A DNA stretch of 64,000 nt from Phoronis australis (taxonomy: Eukaryota; Animalia; Phoronida). The stretch's first letter is position 1. Every line of letters starts with the position of its first letter. The position numbers and the translations under genes are program-made. The notes beneath the pieces were generated by a model that was not told where the DNA came from, did no database searches, and worked only from the letters and a program-made list of their open reading frames with translations. The stretch spans positions 212,084 to 276,083 of the forward strand of contig NMRA01000539.1 in the NCBI GenBank assembly GCA_002633005.1. The letters are read 5' to 3'. Shown in pieces: positions 1 to 11,636 of this stretch.

Positions 1-186
1 ACTATCTATCCCCACGTATTGACCTAGATGGCTAGCCATACAAAGACCTGTTCCCACCTACCTTCTCTCCATTCTCCATCAGCTGTCTATCCCATGCATT
101 GACCTGTATGGCCAGCCATACAAAGACCTGTTCCCACCTACCTTCTCTCCATTCTCCATCAGCTGTCTATCCCATGCATTGACCTG
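1..186. repeat. 80-bp tandem repeat copying the last 42 nt of a NUP62 exon plus the first 38 nt of the following intron
   Basis: 24-103 and 104-183 are near-identical; a degenerate third unit runs off the window edge. Confidence 0.9.
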
Positions 187-3100
187 CGTGGCCTGCTGTA
201 TAAAGATGTGTTCCTGCTCGTCCAACTCCTTCATCCACTTGTTGATATTGTCCTCCAGCTGTTTATACGTTATGGTGGTGGTGGTTGTTGGGGTCACACC
301 AGCTGTTGACGACGAACTGTAAACACCAAGTTTCAAAATAACACAAGATGGCCGAATGCTGCCACTAGCTCAGTGGACAAAATGTTTTGTTTGCAAAACA
401 AATCAATCACTAAAAAGCCTAACAAGAAGAAATCAAAGCAATGTGGTTCTCGCAAAGCACAAAACGTGACACCAGCGAGCATTCTTGGTTTGAGCAAAAC
501 ATGAGCATTGTTAATAAATGTGAAACAATAAGAAACAGTGTTCATGTGAAAAATCTTGTACTCTAGATAATACAGCAGATCCTGTTCATTACAAAGATCA
601 AGAGAGCTGGGGCTTAAATTACCCACAGGGACCAAAGGTTTACTTCTTGAGCCTGGTTTCCGGAAACAATGACCTGTCAGTTTTTGTCAAAAATCACTTC
701 ATAAAGTTATTTTTTGACAGATTTCTGGTTTCTAACAGCTTTAAATGTTGAGCCAGGAATGAAACAAATTCAGAACCACCAGCAGCAGAGCTGGTTCTCA
801 AGTCATATCATTTGCTCACAAATTTCAATGCGAGTGGCGACAACTTTGCATTTTACCAAACGTCACTGGATATTGGAGGGGGAGGATCTCACAGAAAATG
901 AGTCACTACGTCATGCCATCTCCAGGAATGCACCCAGACATCTCAAACCATGGTTTTAACCACCTTAGAAGCTGAAGAAGCGACATAGCCATCAGTTTAC
1001 AGGTATGTTGTTGTACACTATTTCAAGAAATCTACAGCAGACCTATAACTGAAAAATATCCCCGCTTCATAAGCCACAACTCAGGATGCCCCAAGACCTT
1101 AACTACTTTCTACAGCTCGGTGTAATATAAACATAGTCCATAACCTCATCCAAAACGAACTGTGATCACGATAAAACCTCTTCAGTTTAGGACACAATAC
1201 AGAATATTTTTCGTATAGTACACGAAACAACAAATAGATGCTTTATCTTTTTAAAGTAACATAGCTATCATCAAACAATACTACGAGAAATTGGGACATT
1301 AAAAAAAAGGTCAGTGGTGTTTGAAATATGAAAAACTCAGTATTGGCTAGTACTTTTGTCCACATTGCCAAGATTTCACCACACTGAACAGCTGGTTCTG
1401 TTTGGCAGTCTGACTTTCAGTCAAAGATCCCCACACGTATTAATAAACATGTAATACCTGACAATTACCTTGTTATTGTTGTTGTTGTTGTTGTTGTTGT
1501 ATTCTGCGATAAACTCGTAGTCGTTTTAGTTGACGCAACAAATGGTGCAGATACGGAGCCTAAGGGAATAGTCAAAAAGCATTGTCACCACGCAAGTTTT
1601 GTTTAAAGGTATTTAGCTCTTCTTCAACACATGAAAGAACAATNCCTCATCCAAAACGAAGTGTGGTCACGATAAAATCTCTTCAGTTTAGGACACAATA
1701 CAGAATATTTTTCGTAGAAGACACGAAACAACAAATAAATGCTTTATCTTTTTAAAGTAACATAGCTATCATCAAACAATACTACGAGAAATTGGGACAT
1801 TAAAAAAAGGTCAGTGGTGTTTGAAATATGAAAAACTCAGTATTGGCTAGTACTTTTGTCCACATTGCCAAGATTTCACCACACTGAACAGCTGGTTCTG
1901 TTTGGCAGTCTGACTTTCAGTCAAAGATCCCCACACGTATTAATAAACATGTAATACCTGACAATTACCTTGTTATTGTTGTTGTTGTTGTTGTTGTTGT
2001 ATTCTGCGATAAACTCGTAGTCGTTTTAGTTGACGCAACAAATGGTGCAGATACGGAGCCTAAGGGAATAGTCAAAAAGCATTGTCACCACGCAAGTTTT
2101 GTTTAAAGGTATTTAGCTCTTCTTCAACACATGAAAGAACAATTTAATCACACAAATAGAAGCACGTCAAATAATACTTTTTCGCGCCATAATATGTTGC
2201 TGCAAGAACGCATCAGTGAAAGGTCGATAGCAGTAGACCACTATGTGCAGATATTGTTCGTAGTTGTTTTAAGTGACTAAGGTGCATTGCAGTCGCCACA
2301 TGCTAAGGAGATAATACCTAACTGAATAGCAGAATTTAGGGCGTTGATGTAGTCAGAGCAGTGCTGACTAAATCTTTTGTCATAACATCACTAATGTATA
2401 ACTTGCACAAATTCTGCTACTTCGATGGCAACTCAACAGTGTCTGTGTTGTAACTAGTGATGTAAGCAAACAACAGCAATACCCTACAGGCAGTCTGGAA
2501 AGGTAAACAGTGCGCTGATGCTCCTTAAGACAGGAGGTGGCAGCACTTCAAGCATTATCACAAAAAAAACTGAACTGGTTGCGACGTTGACAACACAATG
2601 CGTAATAAGCATACCGAATAACATTCCTGATGATGCTGTGGTTGTTGCCGTGGACACAGTCGCAGCAGGCTGGACAGGTTTCGCACCTGGAAGCATACCA
2701 TTACCATCATCAGAGTAATTATTACCTGTATTCACTCTACAACATGCGCATCTTCTCGTAACTGACAGGGGCGGATCCAGGATTTTGAGTTGAAGGGGGA
2801 GGGCAGAGTATTAGCCAGGATTTTACCAATCAGACATTTGCACATTTGCACCCCAAACTGTTAAAATGGAATCTGGGAGAATTTTAGGGGGGTGCCACAG
2901 TCCCCTTGCCCCCTCTAAATCTGCCATTGACTCATCCTGACACTTCCGACACAGGACTGGGTTTTTCCCCACCTTTTCCCCTTTACATGTGAATTGAGAC
3001 TTTTACTGAAATTATGTGTAGGTGCGTACTTGAAGAAACAAAACTTCACCGTCTTTCCCAAGCTACACTGCTACATTTTTTGTTGCACATTCAGCAAATC

Positions 3101-6100
3101 TACTCTGTGAGTCATGTCGACAAATCTTACTTGTGTGTACAAACATGTTTACAATTTTGATTAAATACATCTTTTCATTACTTTGATTCCGTCCTTCCTT
3201 TTAGGCATGTCTTTCCTTTTCAAACTATGTGTTTAAATTTCAAGTTAATGTTTTTGTTTCACAGTCCTCTATTCAAAAACTCAAACTGAGGAATGTATCA
3301 CAGACATTAAGAATAGAACACGGTAATGCAGTCTCTGGAAAGTGACATAAACTTTAAGAATAACCATCTCATGACCTCAAATTACACTCTGACAGACTCT
3401 GCCCAGCATTTGTTCGTGGTATAATTTGGACGATTTCAAGTTATGGTGCTGTTATCGTTTTTCAAATGCATTATGGGACGATTGTTGGCTCGCAAATACG
3501 GGGCGACATCACATAAAGCTTGGTGACTCGTAAACAATATGACGCACAACAGCAATTGTCAATTGACCTCACTGTAAATGAAACAACAGGTTCATAGGAA
3601 CATGATTTTGGTGGGTGTACGACTAAAATGAAGAGCAGGAAATGCCAAAATACTTACCAAGCGTTAATCCACCAGAGGGAGTGACAGTAGGTGTGAAAGA
3701 TGGCTTGGTTCCAACTGTTTGCGCAGTGGCGCCGCCGACGAGCACTGACGACTGATTACTACCTGTGGTTGCTGAAGCAGCTGTAAGTTACAACAAATGC
3801 TGTCAATGTCACGAACATACAAACTTCATCCATCAAGCCAATACAGGCGAATGTTTGGAGAACTTTAACTAGGCTAAACACACTCCCTCCCTCATTAAAA
3901 ACAACAGCCTTTCTCACAAACCACAGTTGTATAATTACCCTCTCTGAAAGAAGATATGGTAAACTGGCTCAAAAGTCAATTGTACACTAAAACAAAGTGA
4001 AACTGTCGTTCATGAGTTAAGCTGCCATTCTGCTGATAAAGTTGTGATGCGATCTTTTGCGTCGGCTTTTGGCACTATGAAATATTGCGTCACCTATTGG
4101 CCAGTTTCTTTTTATCCCCAATTCTTCAATCAACTGTTCTTCTTCCACGAAGTTGCGTATATGTCACGATGAATAACTGAACAATGGCAGTCGAAATAAT
4201 ATTTTTGTTTTTCATTTTTGAAAATACTTTTGGAGAAACTACATATTCACTGAGATAACAACGCATTGAGAGTATAGATTATGTTAAAACACAGACAAGT
4301 TGCACGAGTTTTACAAATAAAAAATTAAATAACAAAGTCAATATTATAAGTTACGTTTTATTATTGACAATTTTTAACAAGCCAATGCAGCAAACATCTG
4401 GACAGTACTTGAAGATGCTTTAACTCAAAGTTCGAGGCTACTGACAACAGTCTCACTGAGAAAATTAGAAAAATTGTCCGGGTTTCTTGTCCGATTCCCG
4501 GGTTCCTGTTTTAAAGATCGGGGTTCATGTTTTTCCAGCTGGTTCGCTATTTTGAAGGTGCAGGAGTCTGTTTTACACTGGGGTTCCTGTTTCGATGGAA
4601 CACACTGAAATTTGTGCAACAAACTCGCATTTGGGACAAGACCGTAACAAGGTATGCTGGCCATTCTTCAGTGATCTGCTCTGATAATTTTGATGAGTCT
4701 TGCATTGATACTTCTATGCTAATCCACTTAAATTTGGGGTTCACCAAACTGTAAGTACTCCTGAATGTGCCGGTATGTAAAATAACATGCAGCTTCATAA
4801 AAGAGCATTCCAAATGCAGATCCCAATAACAACATGTTTTTCTTGATGTAAGTCTGACTGAATTATTATCTGATGACTTCTACAATTGCCAATGATATTC
4901 ACAAAGAATTTTATATGGCTGTGAAATCTGGAGCTTCAGTTTTATATGAAATTTAATGAGATGTCAAGGCAGGTTCAAGAGAACAGATGTGTGACCTACT
5001 TTTGAGGTAATTGACCAGAACAATGTCTTTGTTGAAGTTTCTGAAAGGCGACTCATATGCAGTGGACTCTAAACTGTTTCTGCATTTATAAGGAGGAACC
5101 AACTATCGCAAAATTTACAGATTTTAAGAGAATAATGATGCAAGAACCGTCAAGCATGTACTCAGATTAGCCGGACAAGTTCATACGCCACACTTATGTC
5201 TGCAGACCTAAGAATACTTTCAATTAGATGTTCCCGTTCTTCTTTTTTCTTGTTTTTAGGCTATTGAAGTCACGGTAGTGATGTGCAGTGCCATAAAGGA
5301 AAGTTTAATGATGCTAACAATGTTGCCACTTGCCAAAACAAGATGAATGGTGGTTTTAAGCACGTCAACACTCTACTACGCACTACTTTCCAAAGCAATG
5401 ATAGGAATTGCTTTTAAAATGTTCCACTTTCGGATGAGAGGCAATCAAAAAATAGGACATTTATGATTTTCGTGAAAATGAAATGATATCTTAGACAACT
5501 GTAACAGACAAAAGTGGTCACCCACACCTTCTGGATTTACCAATTACCAAAAAACTACAACCCAAGGACACTACCTCGAGTCTTCTAACACAAAGCCTAC
5601 TTAAAATTCTGGTGTTCATGTTGCACTCGCTATTTGCCCACTTTAATGCCTTGGGCTTTTCTGTTCAATGCAGCGATTTGTTTAAGGCCAAGGATGCTGT
5701 CTAAGATTCAACAAGCAGTGGCAGGTCTACCTAAAATTGAAGGTTGTGTGATGCCCTACTACTCATGGTGCATGTTTTCTATGCCATGTTGTGTGATGCC
5801 CTACTACTCATGGTGCATGTTTTCTATGCCNTTTTGTTTGCTGCTCTGGGTCTGTCAAATGCTTTGGAGAAATTATGAGATGCATTGGTAGGAAAGCTAA
5901 ACTTTGAAGTGTCTAAGAAGTAGGTCACACCAGTGCAGTGTGCAGTTTTAAACCATATATAAATACCTCCAGCATGACCATGATTATGGGTAGCCACAAA
6001 ACAATGTCAATAACTGAAATTCAACATTTGCATGGAGTTTGGAATTTATAATGTGGAGAACACTGTGAGATGTCAAGGCAGGTTCAAGAGAACAGATGTG

Positions 6101-8300
6101 TGACCTACTTTTGAGGTAGTTGACCAGATCAATGTCTTTGTTGAAGTTTCTGAAATGGGACTCATATGCAGTGGACTCTAAACTGTTTCTGCATTTATAA
6201 GGAGGACCCAGCTATCGCAGAATTTAGAGATGTTAAGAGACTTAAAATTCCGGTGTTCATGTTGCACTCGCTATTTGCCCACTTTAATGCTTTGGGCTTT
6301 TCTGTTCAATGCAGCGATTTGTTTAAGGCCAAGGATGCTGTCTAAGATTCAACAAGCAGTGGCAGGTCTACCTAAAATTGAAGGTTGTGTGATGCCCTAC
6401 TACTCATGGTGCATGTTTTCTATGCCTTGTTGTGTTAGTGCATTAATTGGAAAGAAGTTGAACTTACGGAGACTAAACCCAGACGGTTGCGTTCCTTGCG
6501 TCTTGGCAGGGGTAAGATTAAAGAACCCTGATGATGCCGTGGTGGTGGTGACGCCTCCACTTGATGCCGGTTGTCCTCCGCCAAGTAGCTGAGTGCCACC
6601 AGCACCGGTGGTAGCAGGGGTGCTGAACGACGAAACGCCAGTACCAGCCTTTGCCGGGGTTGCAGCTCCGAAGGTGAATCCTGTGGTGGGTTTGGCTGGG
6701 GTGGACGTCGTGCCAAGACTGAAACCTGACCCCGGAGGAAATTTGGCCACGGCAGTACCGAATGTATTTGACTGAAGTCCAGTACCATGTAGTGTGGCAC
6801 CTGCGGGTTGAGCCTGTGTAGACAACACAGAGCCGAGTGTGTTTCCTGTAGTTGTGGCAGCAGCTGTACTCCCCAATGTGAAGCCACTGGACTGTTGCAC
6901 TTGGCTGGATGCACCTCCGAAGGAGAAACCTGAAACATTTGATACAAACGGCAACTGGTAATACAAAGCCAAGCACTCTACTGAACAGTACAGGCTTAAG
7001 GATGACAATGTGATGCACCTTTTAGGGTAACGGTTTAGAAATTTTTAAAGACTTTATTTAGACTAAGACGATAGTTTGCAGCGAATATGCATTTTGTAAA
7101 AACCACAAGAAAAGTGGAGGAAAAGAACGATGCGTCACGACATGATAAAAAATTCTGCACCAGTGGGATATCTTAACACAACGCCCAAGATGTCCAGAAA
7201 GAGGGACCATTTTGGCAACCAATAACTTGCCAATGCGACTTCAGATCTGGTTTGGAGACCTGGTAAAAATCTCAAGTCAATGCAAAGTTGCCGGATTTTC
7301 ACAAGTTGCAACAAAGTCAGAAAAATAAGAATTCACTTGTAAATGTGTCATTCATTTCGAAATTTGAAGCGACTTCCTAACTTAACTTCAAAAATTGATG
7401 ACAATATTTCTCAAAAATAATATCCTTGGTTCACAATTCTTCTAATTATTTTGTACAATCAGTACATCTGTTACCCTCTGCAAACATCCGAGCACACGTT
7501 CACATTAACACAGTTATCTAGCAATAACTGGCAGGTCTCCAACATGACGTAAGCACACATTGTATTGTGATGATCAGCTTTCCCCTAAGGTAAGAGCAAG
7601 TTATCCCTATTTTACAACTTGAATAAAAGAAAAAACACAAATCATTTTGGACATTACGACAGACATTAGTCACTTGAGCATAGTCGCAGACGTACTACTT
7701 TTCAATTTGCATGTCTTAGTTTTTTCATTTCTGAATGTCAACTATGGATGGTTTGTGAAGGCCAGGACTTTCACACCACTGCACAGGATTTCCTTTTTCG
7801 GAGCTGATTTCCAATTTGGCAAACTGGGATTTCTGCCAAGTTGAACTTAGCGACTTCATGTTACGCTATGTGTCGAGACCTGAAAAACCATAAAACATCG
7901 GAACCAGTGATCATCCTACACTTCCACTGGGATCCTGGGAAACCACCATCAACTTCAATTTCTTGGAGTCCATGAATAGATTTTAGAAATCTTATACTAA
8001 ATTACGTCCAAGAATGTAGCCTCGGGTGAATACTGGGACTATAGTTGGTCCCTCACACTGCAATAAAATAAGATCGACGTAGCCTTTGTATGAAAAACAT
8101 CACAGATTATGCCAAGTCATTAGAATGCACGAATGGTTTAAGTTACCTGCTGTGCTTGCCGCTGGCTTGGAACCAAACGTGAAGCCAGGTGTACTGGATG
8201 CTGTTGTGGCTGTGGCCGTTGGTGCAGCGAAGGAGAAGCCCGTGTTGGGTGTGGACGTCGACGACCCACCTAATGCAAAGTTGAAACCTCCACCAGACAT
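142..8300 (-). CDS. NUP62: Nuclear pore glycoprotein p62 (FG-repeat N-terminus plus start of Nsp1-like coiled coil); 3' part continues beyond the left edge
   Basis: GT-AG exons with compatible phases: 8300-8147 (MSGGGFNFALGG...GFTFGSKP), 6929-6468 (GFSFG/GFTFG repeats), 3780-3658, 2686-2615 (possible in-frame alternative acceptor at 2725), 2059-1969 (duplicated at 1559-1469; Thr-rich), 316-142 (TYKQLEDNINKWMKELDEQEHIFIQQATQVNAWDRQLMENGEK, the characteristic Nup62 coiled-coil start). Confidence 0.93.
2766..2929. mobile_element. Small GC-rich MITE (CAGGGGCGGATCCAGGATTT...AATCYGCCAYTG family)
   Basis: Imperfect inverted termini; clearly related copy at 24873-25018 and similar termini at 62105-62282. 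No clear TSD. Confidence 0.6.
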
Positions 8301-8617
8301 GGTAACGACTGGCCGTGTATATCTGGTCAGAACTAATTAGGCTTTCCCAGAACAATATCGATGCCTTGAGTCAAACTGATGAAACTACCACCACCTCCTG
8401 AAAGATGTCACCAAACCGCGTCTCGTCAGCATGGCATGAGTGGGGTTGAGGTTGAAACCGAAAATAGGCGTTGGAGTTACAAAAAGTAGGGATGGTTAAG
8501 TGCTCCACATTCTGGTATAGATTTTATGGTGTATCAATCAAAAATAGAGCTGGCTGAATATATGTCAGTTGCAGCCCTCAAAATCATGGACGACCAAAAA
8601 TGTGTCAGTTTTCTTAA

Positions 8618-9345
8618 AGGAGTATGCCACCCAAAAAACAACCTAATTTGTATCAATTTAGATCGAGTAGTTCTACTCCATAATGACACGTACGGTTGCG
8701 TTACCTGACACCTGACGGCAGACGGAGGTGTTGAAATTATCAAATGACGTCATCGGTTTCACACGCAGTCTGTTCAGCAGTTCAAAACACGCGTTACTGG
8801 CGTCAGCTTATCGCTTGAAGTTATCGTTTAACACCAATAAATCATCAAACTTCGATGTAAAACCCTTAAAAATACACCAAGCTCTTATAAAAAAGTGTTG
8901 TTTTATTTCGCTCTTACGGATTTATTGGTATTTGGACAAACCGTAGCCTACAAAGTTCGGCAGGCCAATAAGGTCGGTAGCAGGAGTTTGGGGTCCGTTC
9001 GGAGATAATTTCGAAGTATTTTCCGTGAGATACAGACAGGAGAACCTAGATCTCTGTTGTTTAGACTTGTGATTTTTCGAGTTCTAAACACAAAACGCTC
9101 GTTATCCTGGTCAGTGGCTCGGAGCCCGATCAGGCCCGTCGCGGCTGGCCGGATTGACTCGTTATCTCGGCCAGTGGCTCGGAAACTGATCAGACATCAC
9201 GAAAATAAACCAGCCAAAGTTCAGTGGAAACTAAACTTCCAGTCAAGAAAATACTATACAAGTGAGCCAAAGTAATGTGCACGTGATCATGTTGGTGAAT
9301 TAGCCAAGAAACTGCAAATCTACTTACTCGTCGGGGGCCGCAAAT
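8618..9345. mobile_element. One-ended fragment of a TTAA-targeting (Kolobok-like) DNA transposon
   Basis: Starts TTAA|AGGAGTATGCCACCC and is collinear for ~700 bp with 44597-45250; second terminus not found. Confidence 0.75.
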
Positions 9346-11429
9346 TCATTCCGCTTGGCCACAGCACCGTCAGGGGCAGGGCAGAAGTCGTACATTGACA
9401 ATCATTATTTGAGTAATCAGGGCTCGACATAACGAGCTGCAGGTCGCATTTGCGACCTGAAATTTGGAAATGCGAGCTGCGATATTTGTCAGCTCGTATC
9501 AAGTCGCAAAATGCGACCTGGAATTTCCAACGAATGCGAGCTGAGTTTTTACACTTCTCAACAGATACCTGGCAAATACAAAGCAGCTCTTGTTAATCCG
9601 ACCGTTATTTGGTCGTTGCCAAATCCAAGTTCAAAACAACACTAACCGAGAACAGCCCTCCCGATGACTTGTAAGCAAGTCCGTGAACATGGGATATGCA
9701 GAATCGATCTTTGAAGCGTTTCATTGGCTAACACTTTCGGCCACTTTTGTAAATTCCCGGATTCGCCTAAGAAAGTTTCGGGCCACTGCTTAACACTTGA
9801 TAAAACTTCACAAAACAACGGTGTTTCTACTAATTATTAAGCTAACAACTTACCAAACTTTGTGGTGGACAAAAATGTTTATTTTTCACATAAGATGTCC
9901 TTATTACATGTATCAAATATCCAAGACAATATCCCTGATATCGCACTGCGGCACCGTTAGCGCGCAAGCGGTCCCGGCACACAATCGTGACTTAGACTGA
10001 GATGTGCTTCTCCTATGACAACTTTATTAATCGCCAAGCGACGGTCACGTCTTTACTTTCATTTGCCAAGAAATTCTCAAACCCCTTACTTGTTTCTGGG
10101 GCTACATGTACGTGCGCGAAATATGATTTGTCTTTCACACGTTGTTACCAATGTAAAGTGTAGGCCTACTCCAGCGATTCAAGTGCGTGAACTCACGCGC
10201 GCGCACCACTTCAAAGAACAGCGACAGTCCTAAATGAAAGAGTATACCGGCTTGGCTCTGGTTTATTTGAAAATAAACTCAGATTCCCAGCGGTTATAAA
10301 AGACCCGATGTACCGGGACCGATATAACCCAGAAATGACGTTTTCCTGTTCCGTTATTTCCCGAGGTCGATGTTCTGTAAACCCTGTATTCTATGCACTA
10401 GATGCGAAATTAAGGTTCAAGTTAGCGAACTTTTCATTCTTCTCTTTATACACCCCCCCCCCCCCCCCCCACGGCAACTTTTCGCTCCCCGAACCACCGT
10501 CGCCGTAAAATGTTCAGACTCCTANCTTTAGGTGGATTTTCGATTTAACTGCCCACTGCTCGGTTAACCGCCCTCCCCCGATTTTTTGAAGTCGCCAATT
10601 TAACCGCCCAGGGCGTTAACCCGAACGATTACGGTATGTAACAGTATAATAAAACATATTTTGCTGGGCTAAAATTTCACAATAAAAATAGAAGACAACA
10701 CCTGACTCATAAAAGTGTGGCATGGCAGGTACCCTAAAACAAAATGTTTCGATAGATATCGAAGTAAATTAAGAGAAAATAAAGAATTAATTTTCAATAC
10801 ATTGTTGTTCAATCGTATACATTTCTGCTTCTAGTCCACAAATCTTTACTACACTGTACGTCTGTAGAGCGAGGGTATGCTGATGCCAATATCTTCAGTA
10901 AAGCAATAAAATTCCCAGTGCTGTGCTGAATGTGGTAGACTACAGACAACAGTACTAGTAGACTACCAATACTAATAATACTGTAAAAAAGTAATAGAGT
11001 GGTCATCTTTTTATTACCATAATACTAATAGGCACACTGCGTCAAGTTTGAAACAAGTATTGTAATTAATTCAGTGGAAATTGTATACTTACTTAATTTT
11101 CTAAACACGCAATAGGCAAAGCATGAAACTGCATTTGACCAGAAAAGGCTAGTTCTAAAAGAGTCAACAGTAACAGGGGAAATACCCAAGTGGCTAAAAA
11201 TAACGCTGTCTGGTCAATCTGAACACCCAACGTAAGGCATGGCATTCCTTGTAAAAAAACCTCTACACAAGCGACGTGAGAAAATGTAAAGATAAACTCT
11301 ACTTCTTCAAACATTCAATACGTATTAGGAGCCATTTACGTAACAATAGATACAGTCTACAGTGTGAATGAGGCACAAACTTACGACGAACTCCGACAAC
11401 TTTCAGCTTCGCGCCGCACCGCCATGCGA

Positions 11430-11636
11430 CCAAATGACGGTAATTTGCGGCAGATATTGACGAGGCATTATTTAAGGATCCTTCAATTTATACCAAAATT
11501 TTCACTTAATATGAAGATTTATTCTGTAATAATTCTGCTTGCATGCACATTCGTGTAATTCAAAGTCTATTGATGGAAATATTGACAAAAAAGTTTCGTG
11601 TACCGGAAGTATGGCCTAACGACACCCACGGCAAAA
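11430..11636. promoter_or_regulatory. Putative bidirectional housekeeping promoter upstream of MRPS21
   Basis: ETS/GABP-type ACCGGAAGT at 11602-11610 just upstream of the MRPS21 ATG; a minus-strand donor GTAAGT at 11379-11384 points the other way. Confidence 0.45.

Noticed and set aside
1144-2143. 500-bp tandem duplication giving two identical 91-nt NUP62 exons (possible mutually exclusive exons)
   Set aside because: The copies are nearly identical and joined by a single N at 1644, which is typical of an unmerged allelic contig overlap. Including both exons would frameshift.
4958-6430. Duplicated intron blocks and near-identical ORFs at 5634 and 6230
   Set aside because: They flank a single N at 5831, so they are probably an allelic or assembly artefact; the ORFs show no recognisable motif.
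10530-10637. Tc1/mariner-like end (…GATTACGGTA with TTAACCGCCC repeats)
   Set aside because: Only one terminus is visible, next to an N at 10524; not enough to define an element.
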